Made by a program: the position numbers and the translations under genes. Under the pieces are notes generated by a model. The model did no database searches. It saw only the letters and a list, made by a program, of their open reading frames with translations, and was not told the origin of the DNA. Source: an uncultured Gemmataceae bacterium (GTDB lineage: Bacteria; Planctomycetota; Planctomycetia; Gemmatales; Gemmataceae). From it: DNA of 64,000 nt. Positions 52,241-63,253 of the stretch are shown here, piece after piece; the first letter of the stretch is position 1, and every line of letters begins with the position of its first letter. The stretch spans positions 1,408,001 through 1,472,000 of the forward strand of contig CAVVPN010000011.1 of the NCBI GenBank assembly GCA_963750165.1, given 5' to 3'.

Positions 52241-54008
52241 CGCCCCGCCCCTCCCCGCTTTCCCGATTCCCTCGATTCCAGCACCGCCCACGCCGCCACG
52301 TCCCGGCCCGCCGTGTCGCGGCCGCGGACCTTGAACACCACCGCCGCGTCCGCCAGCCCGGCCGGCAGCGTCAGCGCCGCGCTGCGCCGCGTCGCGCCCG
52401 CCGCCAGCGCCGTGCCGCCGAACCATGTCCGCGCCGCCGTCACCCGCGTGTCGCCCTCCGACTCTCCGGTCGGCGACTGCCGCTCCCACGCCGCGCCAAG
52501 CAACCGCACCGGGCCGCCGTGCGCCGTCAGCGCCAGTCGCACACGGTTGCCGCCCGCCAACCGTTCGCAGCGCAGGCTCAGGCGCGGCGTCTCGGCCGGC
52601 AGCCGGACCAGCGTCACCTGCAATTCCGCCTCTGGGGCCGCCGTCACCGTCAGCCGCGTCCGCGCCGCCCCGGGCGTGTGCAGCAGGCAGTAGGCCGCGG
52701 CGGTGGCCGCCAGCTCGACCCGGTACTCACCCCCTGTCAGCGGCACCAGCGCCGGCCTGGGGCCGCACAGCAGCCGCGACCTCAGCCGGCGGTGCAGATC
52801 CGGGCCGCCCGCCGCCAGGGATGTCGTCCAGCCGCGGAACAGCGCCGCGAAGGGCCGTTGCGTCGCCGCCTCCAGGTTGGCGATGCCCTGCAAGTTCGAG
52901 CGGATCAGCCGCGCCGCCAGGTCGTCCCGGCCATGCTGTTCCTGGCACCAGCGCAGGAACAGGAAGACACTGCCGCGATTGCCGGGCGTCCGCCACAGGC
53001 CGCTGCCGTAGTAGTCCGGCACCACCAGCGCGTGCCGCGCCGGGTCGTTCAGGAAGCCGCTGACGCGGTAGTCGAGGTTGCCCCAGTCGTAGCGGTGCCG
53101 GTCCTCCGCCAGGTGCGCCAGGCCCTCATTGAGCCAGCTCTCCTCGTCCGCGCGTGGCACGCCCGGCAGGTAGTCGCCGAAGACATGCTCGCTGACCAGC
53201 ACCGCGTGCGTGAACTCGTGGGCCAGGATCGTCCGCAGGTAACCGCCCGGCTTCAGGTCCGTGTTCAGGTACAGCATGTCGCAACGGTTGCTGAACGGCG
53301 CCGGCAGATCGCGGTAAAAATCGCTGCCGCGCACGAAGCCACTCAGTGCCACCTTGCCGCTCTGCAACTTCGCCAGCCACGGACTGAACAGGATCGTGAA
53401 ACGGCCGTCGCGGTCCACGTCCAGCGCCCGGCCCTGGGCCCGCAGCGCCGCCGGGTAGATTTCCTCGTCGAAGGCGCGCACAGCGTCGGCGACGGTGGGC
53501 CGCAGTCCGTCGGCATCCGTGTGGCTGCTGTCCACGTACACCTGGCAGTGTCGACCGACCGCCCGCAGCGCCGCCGTCACCGCGACGTAATTGCCGGGGT
53601 CGCGGTAGTCGAGGTTGCGGACGAACAGGTGAAAGACCTTCTCACCGGGCGGGGCGGGCAACGACGGGTAGCCGGGGTGGTCGGGGTGCAGGCGGCGGGA
53701 GCGGGCCTGTGCTCGGCGGCAGCGCGGACGAGCCGGGCCCACTCGGGGTCGGCGGCGGCTGTGTCGCGTTCCACGGCCGCGGGGTCGGTGGTCGGATCGG
53801 TGCGCACCTCAACACGGTAGGGCCCGCCACGACCCAGCGCCCCGACGATCAGGTGATACTGCTCACCAGGACGGTCGGTCGGTAGCACCGCCACACAGCG
53901 GCCCTGGTGGACGGCGACGGGCAGCGCCTCGGTCGCGACGGCGGCCGACCCCCCGGCCGCCAGCAGCAACCCCACAGCGATCCCCCACGATCCCTGTCGA
54001 GCGGTCAT
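52237..54008 (-). CDS. Secreted Zn metallopeptidase (M30/gluzincin-like; frameshift near 53660)
   Basis: Signal peptide from ATG 54008; DVDRDGRFTILF, LAHEFTH, EESWLNEGLAHLAE. Confidence 0.8.
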
Positions 54009-54189
54009 GACGCGGCCTCGAATCCCCCAGGTTGCGCAGACGGCACGCTTGCGGTGCAGCACGCCCCTTTTTTCCCATCGGTGATTGGGCGGCGTCTCTT
54101 GAATGGAACCCAGGTTTTGCCGAGCTTGCCCGCGAGACTGGGAGGGTGAGGAAACCGTGCGCCGGCAGGAAAAGAGCCCGCGAAGGCGT

Positions 54190-54341
54190 GATCCCGTGAA
54201 CATTTCCGCCAAATTGCGCCTCGTGCGCCTGGCGCCTCGTCGCGCCTCGTTCCCACGCTCCGGCGTGGGGACGAGAGGCAAGGGCGCCCATTCTCGACAT
54301 GTGAAAAAGTTGGCGTTCTTGGCGTCCTTGGCGTTCTTGCT
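54190..54341. repeat. Mosaic of three repeat modules found separately at 7336-7406 and 44431-44480
   Basis: 26-bp module at 54190-54215, palindrome at 54242-54281, inverted 9-mer module at 54292-54341. Confidence 0.85.
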
Positions 54342-54389
54342 GTGGCAGACCATGCCCGCCAATGACCGGCGGCGCCACCCGCCCGGCCT

Positions 54390-56003
54390 TCACGGGTTCG
54401 CCGCCTTTGCCTTCTGCCGCGCCGCCCGCACCTCCTGCAGCACCTCCTGCGCGAACGGTTCGTCCCGATACAGCGCCTCGATGCCGGCCCAGACCCGTTC
54501 CGCCTCCGCCGGCGGCAGCGTCGCGGCGCGCTTCAGCGCCGCCCGCACCGGCGCCCAGCGCTCCTTCGCCTCGGCGGCTTTCTTCAGTTCGCGCCGCGCC
54601 CGCTCCGCCTGCTGCACCCACTCCTTCTCTGAGTCCACGTCCCGGAACACCGTCGCCAGCCGCCCCCACAGTTCCAGCGCTTCCTTGATCTTGCCTTCCT
54701 TCGCCAATTGCTGGCCCTGCTCAAAGAAGCGCTGCCCCTCGCTCCTGCCGAGTTCCGGCACCAGCACCGCCTGCCGCGCCGCCTCGATCTGCAACCGATA
54801 TTTCTCCACTTGCTCCTGATACGGGTGGTCCGGGAAGCGCTCGTTGAGCGGCTGGAAGTAGTCGCGCCAGGCCCGCTCCCAGTCGGTCAACTCCTTCGAC
54901 TTCATCAGTTCGCTGCCGTGCTCGAACAGCGCGTTGGCGCTGGGCGGCCACAGCGCCCAGGCGATCAGGCCGACGACCAGGAGCAACAGCGGCAGCAGCA
55001 CCCACCAGCGGTTCAGCGCCTGGCCCAGCACACCGCCGCGGTTCTGCCGGTCCAGTTCGTCGCGCATCAGCCGGCTCATCACCGTCGCGGCGCCGGGGCC
55101 GTGCTGGGCGGGCAGGTCGGTGATCTTGTTCTCCGCAACGGTCCCCTCTTGCCGGCCGCCCACCTGCGTCAGACTGCTCTTGCGTTCCAGCTTGCGGCGC
55201 ACCGACTCCAGCTGCCGGCTCAGCACCAGGCAGTCCGCCGGCCGCTTCTCCGGCTCCTTCTCCAGCAACTGGCAAACGATCTCGTCAATCTCGTAGGGCA
55301 GCTCCGGCACGATTTTCTGCGGCCGGTCGAACTGGGCGTAGCGGTGCTTGTGCAGCAGGTCGAGGTAGGTCAGACCGTCGAAGGGCGTGCGGCCGGTCAG
55401 CGCCGTGTAGAGCACGACGCCGAGCGAATACAGGTCGCTGCGCTTGCTGACCGGCTTGCCGGCGGCCTGCTCCGGCGACAGATACTCCGCGGTGCCGACG
55501 ACGCCGCCCGTGGCCGTCAGATGGCTGGTGGCGAACAGCTTGGCGATACCGAAGTCCGTCACCTTGACCTGGCCGTCCGGCGTCAGCAGCAGGTTGGGCG
55601 GCTTGATGTCGCGGTGGATGACACCGTGGTCGTGAACGTGCTTGAGAGCGTGGCAGACCTGCACCGCCAGGTCGAGCACGTCCTTCCAGGGCAGCCGGCC
55701 CTGCTCGCGCAGCAGTTCGTCGAGGCTCTGGCCCTCGATGTACTCCATTGCGTAGAAGTACAGGCCGTTCTCCTGGCCGGCCTCGTAGAAGCGGACGATG
55801 TTGGGATGGTCGAGCACGCTGAGGGTTTCGATCTCGCGCTGGAAGCGGTGCAGGAAACCGACATCCTGCGCCAGTTCTGCGGCCAGCACCTTGAGGGCCG
55901 CTTTGCGACCGCCGATCTCCTCCTGAGCGAGGTAGACACGGCCCATGCCGCCGCGGCCCAGCTCCTTGTAGATGACCCATTTACCCAGGCGTTCGCCGAT
56001 CAT
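54390..56003 (-). CDS. Hanks-type Ser/Thr protein kinase with TM segment and helical C-terminal domain
   Basis: LGRGGMGRVY, ALKVL, HRDIKPPN, TDFGIAK, GTAEYLSPEQ, SDLYSLG; TM WWVLLPLLLLVVGLIAWALW. Confidence 0.95.
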   Translation of the reverse strand: MIGERLGKWVIYKELGRGGMGRVYLAQEEIGGRKAALKVLAAELAQDVGFLHRFQREIETLSVLDHPNIVRFYEAGQENGLYFYAMEYIEGQSLDELLREQGRLPWKDVLDLAVQVCHALKHVHDHGVIHRDIKPPNLLLTPDGQVKVTDFGIAKLFATSHLTATGGVVGTAEYLSPEQAAGKPVSKRSDLYSLGVVLYTALTGRTPFDGLTYLDLLHKHRYAQFDRPQKIVPELPYEIDEIVCQLLEKEPEKRPADCLVLSRQLESVRRKLERKSSLTQVGGRQEGTVAENKITDLPAQHGPGAATVMSRLMRDELDRQNRGGVLGQALNRWWVLLPLLLLVVGLIAWALWPPSANALFEHGSELMKSKELTDWERAWRDYFQPLNERFPDHPYQEQVEKYRLQIEAARQAVLVPELGRSEGQRFFEQGQQLAKEGKIKEALELWGRLATVFRDVDSEKEWVQQAERARRELKKAAEAKERWAPVRAALKRAATLPPAEAERVWAGIEALYRDEPFAQEVLQEVRAARQKAKAANP

Positions 56004-56027
56004 GTCACCACCCACGGCTGAGGAATT

Positions 56028-56135
56028 GATTCACCACAAAGACACAAAGAACACAAAGGGAAAGACAGAGAGGAAAAATATTCTCCCATTCTCTCTGTCT
56101 TTCCCTTTGTGTTCTTTGTGTCTTTGTGGTGAATC
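56028..56135. repeat. AT-rich long inverted repeat with 9-bp internal period
   Basis: gattcaccacaaagacacaaagaacacaaagggaaagacagagag ... ctctctgtctttccctttgtgttctttgtgtctttgtggtgaatc. Confidence 0.9.
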
Positions 56136-56139
56136 CTTT

Positions 56140-57237
56140 TTACGATAATCCGAAGGCCGCGCGCACCTCGGCGGCGCGGGGGTGACGCAGCCAGTCGAGC
56201 ACCGTGCCCTGGGCGCCACGCAGCGCCAGCTGCTCGATCAGGCCGCGGTAGGGACCGCCAGCCAGGCCGTCCGCGAGCACCGCCGCCCCCTGGGCCGCGT
56301 GCTTGACCCACACCCCCGGCAGCGACTCCAGCGGCGCCACGCTGCCGAAGCGGCCCAGGTCCGTCGCCACCAGGCCCGCGAACGTCGGCTCCGTCTCCAG
56401 CAGCCGGCCCGACAGCAGCAGATGCTGGAACGGCGTCACCGCCCGCAGCGCCGCCACGTTCTTGACCAGCGACTCGCGGAAGACCGCCCGGCCCTCGTCC
56501 TGGTTGCGGTGTGACAGCACACCGCCGCCGAACAGGTCGTCCTTTGACAGGCAGCCGCACAGGTGCGCCAGTTCGCCATCCCAGGCGCCCAGGCCCGCCC
56601 AGCCCACCGGCCCACTGCTGCCGCCGACGCCGTCCACGATCTGTCCGTCCTGCACCACCACGCAGGCACTGAAAGCACTGCCCAGCTCGACCACACAGAA
56701 CGTGCAGCGACCCCACTCCGCCGACTGCGCCGTCGCGAACTGCCGCAGCGCCAGCGCCGCCACGCACAGCTTGTCCGCTGTGCCCAGGTCGATGCGGTTG
56801 ACCTTGCGCAGCGCCGGCACCGTCGGCAGGTGAATCACCGCCGGCAGGAACACCAGCGGCAGATTGCAGTCGATCAGGCCGCGCAGCAGGGCGGTGAATT
56901 TGACGACACCCTGTTCGTGGCCGCGGTCATCCGGGCGCACCAGCGTCAGCAGCGCCAGTTCCGCGTCGCCGCAGTCCTTCGCCGCCAGCAGTGGCAGCCC
57001 ATAGCCGGACGGCGCCGCCACCACCTGGAACGGCCCACGCTCCTGCAGCCAGCGGCACGGCAACTCCGCGTCGGCGCGCAGCTCGTCCGGGGTGAAGCGG
57101 CACTGGTCCGCGACGGCGCCGTCCTCCAGGATCAGCCAGTCGAGACTGCTGGTCCCCGGGTCCGCGCCGGCCACGCGGACGGCGCCCAGCGCACTCAGGC
57201 ACGCCAGGACGGTCAGGAGCAACAGCAGGGTAAACAT
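56140..57237 (-). CDS. DUF1464 family ASKHA-fold protein (Orf9-type, H4MPT/methanofuran C1 clusters)
   Basis: G.DPGT.S.D, PSGYGLPL, P.VIHLPTVP..RK.N.ID.GTADK, ELGSAF, IVDG.GG, WDGELA, K.AAQGAA..ADGLAGG. Confidence 0.85.
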   Translation of the reverse strand: MFTLLLLLTVLACLSALGAVRVAGADPGTSSLDWLILEDGAVADQCRFTPDELRADAELPCRWLQERGPFQVVAAPSGYGLPLLAAKDCGDAELALLTLVRPDDRGHEQGVVKFTALLRGLIDCNLPLVFLPAVIHLPTVPALRKVNRIDLGTADKLCVAALALRQFATAQSAEWGRCTFCVVELGSAFSACVVVQDGQIVDGVGGSSGPVGWAGLGAWDGELAHLCGCLSKDDLFGGGVLSHRNQDEGRAVFRESLVKNVAALRAVTPFQHLLLSGRLLETEPTFAGLVATDLGRFGSVAPLESLPGVWVKHAAQGAAVLADGLAGGPYRGLIEQLALRGAQGTVLDWLRHPRAAEVRAAFGLS

Positions 57238-57240
57238 GAG

Positions 57241-58110
57241 TTAAAACTGCTTCGCCAGCTCGTACACTTCCTCGGCGTCGAGCACGCGGTCGTTGGCCTC
57301 GAACAGCTGGGCGATGGCCGCCTTGTGGACCTTCATCTTGGTATCGCCGACGCCGATGGCCCCGTAACCGAGCACGCCGTCGCGCTCGACGCCCTTATCC
57401 GTGACCTCGACGCCCTCGACGCCCAGCGGCGGCACCGCGTTCAGGTCGATGGCCACGCGCAGCCCCGGACACGCCGCCCGCGCCATCTTCGGCACCAGCA
57501 CCACACCGGCCGCGCCCGCCGCGATCACCAGCGTGCGCCCCGTCAGCGCCGCGGTCAGCTCCGCCGGGCTCGCGGTGCTCACCGGCTCCAGCCGGGCGTC
57601 CGGCACACGCGCTCGCACCGCCGCGCAGACCGCCGCGGAGCGCGTCTGCTGCCGGGAGGCGACGCGCACCTCCGTCCCCGCGCGCGCCAGCAGCCGCACC
57701 ACCCGCTGGCCGACCGGCCCCGTCGCCGCCAGCACCAGGGCCGCGGCGCCGCGCAGTTCCAGGTGTCGAGCGGCGGCGCGCACCGCGGCGGCGGCCGTGG
57801 TGTTGGCGCCGTTGGCGTCCAGCAGGATCGACACGCGCAGGCCGAACTTCGGCAGCATGTGCTGGAGCGCCTCCTGCATCAGCCGCTCGCCGAGGGCCAC
57901 GTCACTGCCGCCGACGAAGACCGCGGTGTGTTTCAGGTCCTTCGGGCCGCGCGTGAAGATGGCGCCGTGGATCAGGTCGCGCACCTGCTCCACGCGGACG
58001 CCGCCGTAGCTGAACAGCTCGTCGGCGCCGGCGTCAATGGCCACAACGCGGTCGAACACACTCGGGTGCGCGTCGCCGTCGAGCTGGATGAGAATCTTGC
58101 GCTTGTCCAT
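57241..58110 (-). CDS. mtdC: Methylene-H4MPT/H4F dehydrogenase (MtdA/MtdC family)
   Basis: ILIQLD.D.HPSVFD.VVA.DAG, GAIFTRG..DLK.TA.FVGG, DANGANTTAAAAV, ATGPVG.R, DLNAVPP.G.EG, KMK.HK. Symbol assigned from inferred planctomycete origin. Confidence 0.88.
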   Translation of the reverse strand: MDKRKILIQLDGDAHPSVFDRVVAIDAGADELFSYGGVRVEQVRDLIHGAIFTRGPKDLKHTAVFVGGSDVALGERLMQEALQHMLPKFGLRVSILLDANGANTTAAAAVRAAARHLELRGAAALVLAATGPVGQRVVRLLARAGTEVRVASRQQTRSAAVCAAVRARVPDARLEPVSTASPAELTAALTGRTLVIAAGAAGVVLVPKMARAACPGLRVAIDLNAVPPLGVEGVEVTDKGVERDGVLGYGAIGVGDTKMKVHKAAIAQLFEANDRVLDAEEVYELAKQF

Positions 58111-58128
58111 GAGTCATCAAGAAAGGGC

Positions 58129-58208
58129 ATCCACAGATGACACAGTTGACACAGATAAAGACAAAACCAAATGTTTTTATTTGTCTTTTATCTGTGTCAT
58201 CTGTGGAT
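58129..58208. repeat. AT-rich inverted repeat with 9-bp period between fae and mtd
   Basis: atccacagatgacacagttgacacagataaagacaaa ... tttgtcttttatctgtgtcatctgtggat. Confidence 0.85.
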
Positions 58209-58214
58209 TTGTTT

Positions 58215-58712
58215 TTACTTCGGCGAGAACGGATGCTTGGCGGTGTCCTTCTTCGCCAGGATGTCGTCGATCTTGGGCTCGCCTTTCATGGCGTTGCTGA
58301 TGGCCATCTTGGTGGCCTCATAGTTGTACTGGTAAATCTTGGCGTCGTCCTTGGCCTGCCAGTGGATGAAGACGCCGCAGACGATGACGTAGTCGTCGGC
58401 CTTGGCCTTGGGGATGACACCGGCGGCGACGCTGTCGGCGACGGCCTTGGCGACGGCGGCCTGGGCCGGGCCGAACATCTGCACCACCTGCGGCGCGCCC
58501 TTGAGGGTCACCTTGGTGATGAGCACGGTCGCCGGCTTGCAGATCAGGTTGGGCGTCAGCACCGCCAGCAGGTTGGTAAAGCCCTGCTTCTGGTTGGCCA
58601 GGGCGGTGGCGAACGCCACGCCGACCGGACCGTCCTTGTCACCGATCATCAGGTCAATGTGCGCGACCTCGTTGCCGTCGCCCACCAGGGCCTCACCGAT
58701 GTACATCGCCAT
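58215..58712 (-). CDS. fae: Formaldehyde-activating enzyme
   Basis: GEALVGDGNEVAHIDL.IG, LLAV..PNL..KPAT....KVT.K, QMFGPAQ.AVA.AVAD, VFIHW.A.D...I...NY.ATK. Confidence 0.96.
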   Translation of the reverse strand: MAMYIGEALVGDGNEVAHIDLMIGDKDGPVGVAFATALANQKQGFTNLLAVLTPNLICKPATVLITKVTLKGAPQVVQMFGPAQAAVAKAVADSVAAGVIPKAKADDYVIVCGVFIHWQAKDDAKIYQYNYEATKMAISNAMKGEPKIDDILAKKDTAKHPFSPK

Positions 58713-58845
58713 GCCAGTCTCCTTCGCTAGAGGTGGATCAAATTGCCGTGCCGGCATGGACCATCAGCGGTCCTGGCGGCGCGTGCAACTGTTTCCCTTG
58801 AAATAGGACGAAAGCCGGAGGGTGACAAGCGGCGGAGGTCAACGC

Positions 58846-58873
58846 AAAAACCCCGGAACAGGCGTTCCGGGGT
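58846..58873 (-). terminator. Probable intrinsic terminator on the minus strand
   Basis: Minus strand ccccggaac-gcct-gttccgggg-ttttt. Confidence 0.6.
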
Positions 58874-59133
58874 CGGGGAGAACCAGCGAAGGCACTGCCG
58901 GCGACGCGGCTGGTGCCGCCCAACTGGGGCGACGGGGCGAGCCCAGGGGGTGGGGGAGCGGGCCTGTCGGTTTTCCGGGCCCCGCGTCCTGGTGGCGGCA
59001 CCAGCCGTGGCCCCGCAGGTGCGGGACTGCGGGAGCCGTCCTGCAGGGAGGTTTGGCTGACGAAGAAAATTATCGGCCGCGCGGCTGCGCCGGCATGAGG
59101 GAAACGTGAAGGGCCGCCCCCGACGTGCGTGGA

Positions 59134-60288
<1,155 letters not shown>

Positions 60289-60307
60289 GCGCTGTCCCTT
60301 TGTGAAA

Positions 60308-61747
60308 TCAGTTCCCTGCCCTGCGGCCGTTTTTCGATTGCGCCTTCGCGCGGCCCTTGCGCGGCGCCGCCTTGGCGTCCTTCGCGGCCTCCGCCCGCTC
60401 ATCCTTGCCCATCTGGCTCCAGTACTGCACCAGGTCGATGCGCGTCACGATGTCCACGACCTTGCCGTCCTGCGACGCCAGCACGCCCGTGTTCCCGGCC
60501 AGCAGCAGCCGGTACGCCTCGTCCAGATGCACGGCCGTGTCCACCACCGGCAGCGGCCGGGCCATGATCTCGGCCACCGTCACCCGCGCCGGGTCCGACT
60601 GGTCGTGCAGCAGTCGCGCCAGCGTCATCTCCTGAACGCTGCCGACCGGCTTGCCGTCCTGCAGTACCGGCAGCTGCGAGATGCCCGCCGACTGCATCAC
60701 CTCAATGGCTTCCGCGGCGCTGGTCTTCGGCGAGACCGCGACCATCTGGTGCTTGCCGCGCGACTTGAGCAGGTCGCCGATCGAGTGCGGCGCCTCCACC
60801 TTCGTCAGCAGGTTGTTGTCCCGCAGCCAGGCGTCGTCGAACATCTTGCTCAAATAATTGCGGCCGGTGTCGGCGCACAGGGCGACGATCAGATGCTCGC
60901 CGGTCAGCCGGCGGGCGTAGCGCAGGGCCGCGGCGACGGCGGTGCCGCTGGAGCCGCCGACCAGCAGGCCCTCGCGGCGGGCCAGCTGGCGGGCGACGTA
61001 GAACGACTCGGCGTCGCTGATGCGCACCCAGTCATCGACCATCTGGCTGTTGAACGTCTTGGGCACGAAGTCCTCGCCAATGCCCTCGACCTTCCACGGC
61101 CGCGGCGAGTCGCCCGAGAGCACCGAGCCCTCCGGGTCGGCGCCGATGATCCGGACCTCGGGGTTCTGTTCCTTGAGATAGCGAGCGACACCGGAGATGG
61201 TGCCGCCGGTGCCGACGCCGGCGACGAACGCGGTGATGCGGCCCTCGGTCTGCTCCCAGATCTCGAAGCCGGTGGTGCGATAGTGAACGTCGGGGTTGGC
61301 GAGGTTGGTGAACTGGTTCGGCCGCCAGGCCCCCGGAATCTCACGCGACAGGCGGTCAGCGACACCGTTGTAGCTCTCGGGCGAGTCGGCCGGGACGCTC
61401 GTCGGCGTGATGACAACCTCGGCGCCGTAGGCTTTCAGGAGCAGCACCTTTTCGCTGCTCATCTTGTCGGGCAGGACGAAGATGCAGCGGTAGCCCTTGA
61501 CGGCGGCGGCCATGGCCAGGCCGACGCCGGTGTTGCCGGCGGTGGCCTCAATGATGGTGCCGCCGGGCCGCAGCCAGCCGCGCCGCTCGGCCTCGGCGAT
61601 CATGGCCAGGCCGACGCGGTCCTTGACGCTGCCGCCGGGGTTCAGCGACTCCATCTTGACGTAAACACTCGCCTTGAGCCCTTCCGTCAGGCGCCGCAGG
61701 CGGACCAGCGGCGTCTTGCCGATGGACTGAAGGATCGTTTCTTGCAT
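60308..61747 (-). CDS. cbs: Cystathionine beta-synthase with C-terminal CBS pair
   Basis: IGKTPLVRL, NPGGSVKDR, ATAGNTG, PDKMSSEK, GVGTGGT, VEGIGED, GGSSG, D.GRNYLSK; ISQLPV CBS domain. Confidence 0.92.
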   Translation of the reverse strand: MQETILQSIGKTPLVRLRRLTEGLKASVYVKMESLNPGGSVKDRVGLAMIAEAERRGWLRPGGTIIEATAGNTGVGLAMAAAVKGYRCIFVLPDKMSSEKVLLLKAYGAEVVITPTSVPADSPESYNGVADRLSREIPGAWRPNQFTNLANPDVHYRTTGFEIWEQTEGRITAFVAGVGTGGTISGVARYLKEQNPEVRIIGADPEGSVLSGDSPRPWKVEGIGEDFVPKTFNSQMVDDWVRISDAESFYVARQLARREGLLVGGSSGTAVAAALRYARRLTGEHLIVALCADTGRNYLSKMFDDAWLRDNNLLTKVEAPHSIGDLLKSRGKHQMVAVSPKTSAAEAIEVMQSAGISQLPVLQDGKPVGSVQEMTLARLLHDQSDPARVTVAEIMARPLPVVDTAVHLDEAYRLLLAGNTGVLASQDGKVVDIVTRIDLVQYWSQMGKDERAEAAKDAKAAPRKGRAKAQSKNGRRAGN

Positions 61748-61851
61748 CGGTCACCTCGTGCGCAGGGAGAGGTCTCGGGGTTCCTGCGCCATTTGACCGT
61801 GGAAGGGGCCGCCAGAGCAAGGCCAGTCCCGCAATGACAGAACGAGTCCGG

Positions 61852-62985
61852 TCACTTCACCGCAGCCTTCTTCGGCACCGGCACCACTGTGGACAGCTCC
61901 ATGTCCAGGTACAGGTCCGAACTGCCCTGGCGGTTGCGCACGTGGACCGCGACCACATTGCGGCCGGGTCGCAGCAGCTTCACCGGCACCTCCACGTCGC
62001 GGTTCCAGTAGGCGAACTCGTGATCCAGCTCCGGGTCGCGGTCGGCCAGCGTGCCGTTGATATACACATCGGCGCTGTCGTCACTGGCGACGCACAGGCG
62101 CACCGTGACGCCCTTCCCCTGGAGAACCGCCGCCGGCACCTCGAAAGCGCGGCGGAAGACGAACGGCACACCCTTTTCCTGAATCGTCGTGCCCTTGCGC
62201 TTGCCGATCTCGTCTTCGCCGTAGCCGACCGGCGCCTTGCCGGTGCGCCAGGCCCGGTCGTCAAAATCGGGCTGAATCCAGCGGTTGCCGAGCCTGGCCA
62301 CGTTCGCGGCGGGCAGGAACTTCCAGCCAGCAGTGCTTTCCGCAATCAGGACGGTTGTCCTGTACTCCGGCACGTCGCCCTCAGCGCCGAAAGCCACGAA
62401 GTCGCGCTTGGGGTTGTAGTCGATTCGCTTCAGGCTCGCCCGGAGACGCTGATACTTGCCCTTGCGCAGGTGCAGCTGGTCGCGATTGGCGTCCACGAAG
62501 CAGGGCACGATCACTTCCTTGCCGGCCACAACGTCCGTCACGGCCTTCGTCAGCACGTCGGTGCTGCCGCTGAAGGTGCGCAGCATGTACGGCTCGGCGT
62601 GTGTCATGCCCCACCACTCGCCCTCCTTGTAAGTCTGATACCAGTAGTCGCCGATGCACGTCTCGCTCTGGCCGCCGTTGTGGAACATGACCGCTCGCCG
62701 GCCCACGTCCGCCCAGTTCATGACCGTCTGCCATTCGCGCGGATTGAAGCCGCGTTTGCCGATGTTGTGCTTGATCTCCGCCTGGCCATCCTTGCCCTTG
62801 ATCTCCGTCACCTTCTTGTAATAGATCAGGCCCCGGTCCTTGTTGACCTTCGTCACTTCCAGCAGCAGGATCGTGGTCGATTCGTTGCAGACCCGGCCGA
62901 GCGTGAACGGGGCCTCGACGTAGGCAAACGCGCTGGGCACAGCGGTCCCGAGCAGCACGGCAGCGATCACCAGCAGACGTTTCAT
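61852..62985 (-). CDS. Secreted hypothetical protein with C-terminal galactose-binding-like domain
   Basis: AGGAGG RBS, signal peptide (AFA|YVE); W...DFDD..W..G.AP.GYG, FRR.F, DD...VY.NG, L.PG.NV.AV.V, SSDL..D. Confidence 0.8.
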   Translation of the reverse strand: MKRLLVIAAVLLGTAVPSAFAYVEAPFTLGRVCNESTTILLLEVTKVNKDRGLIYYKKVTEIKGKDGQAEIKHNIGKRGFNPREWQTVMNWADVGRRAVMFHNGGQSETCIGDYWYQTYKEGEWWGMTHAEPYMLRTFSGSTDVLTKAVTDVVAGKEVIVPCFVDANRDQLHLRKGKYQRLRASLKRIDYNPKRDFVAFGAEGDVPEYRTTVLIAESTAGWKFLPAANVARLGNRWIQPDFDDRAWRTGKAPVGYGEDEIGKRKGTTIQEKGVPFVFRRAFEVPAAVLQGKGVTVRLCVASDDSADVYINGTLADRDPELDHEFAYWNRDVEVPVKLLRPGRNVVAVHVRNRQGSSDLYLDMELSTVVPVPKKAAVK

Positions 62986-63084
62986 CGATCTTCCTCCTTG
63001 GACCAACCGGGACTCCGGGCGCGGCAACGACGCTCTCCTGGGGACGAATCATACCCGAAATCTTCACGCGCACCCAGCCCTTGT

Positions 63085-63168
63085 TGGCTCGGGGCGAGCG
63101 GCGCGGCGTCAGCCCGCCGGTAATCCAAAACACCGGCGGGCTGACGCCGCGCCGCTCGCCCCGAGCCA
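63085..63168. repeat. REP-like palindrome (family of 32135-32202)
   Basis: tggctcggggcgagcggcgcggcgtcagcccgccggt ... accggcgggctgacgccgcgccgctcgccccgagcca. Confidence 0.9.
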
Positions 63169-63253
63169 GGTTTTCATTTGCCCTGCGCCGCCGCTTGCAG
63201 TTTCATGAAGCGAGACGTGCGCCCGCTCCACCCCACAAGCCATGAGGTCCACC

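Noticed and set aside
56140..58712. fae/mtd as proof of methylotrophy or methanogenesis
   Set aside because: These genes are widespread in planctomycetes, and no primary C1 oxidation genes are in the window.
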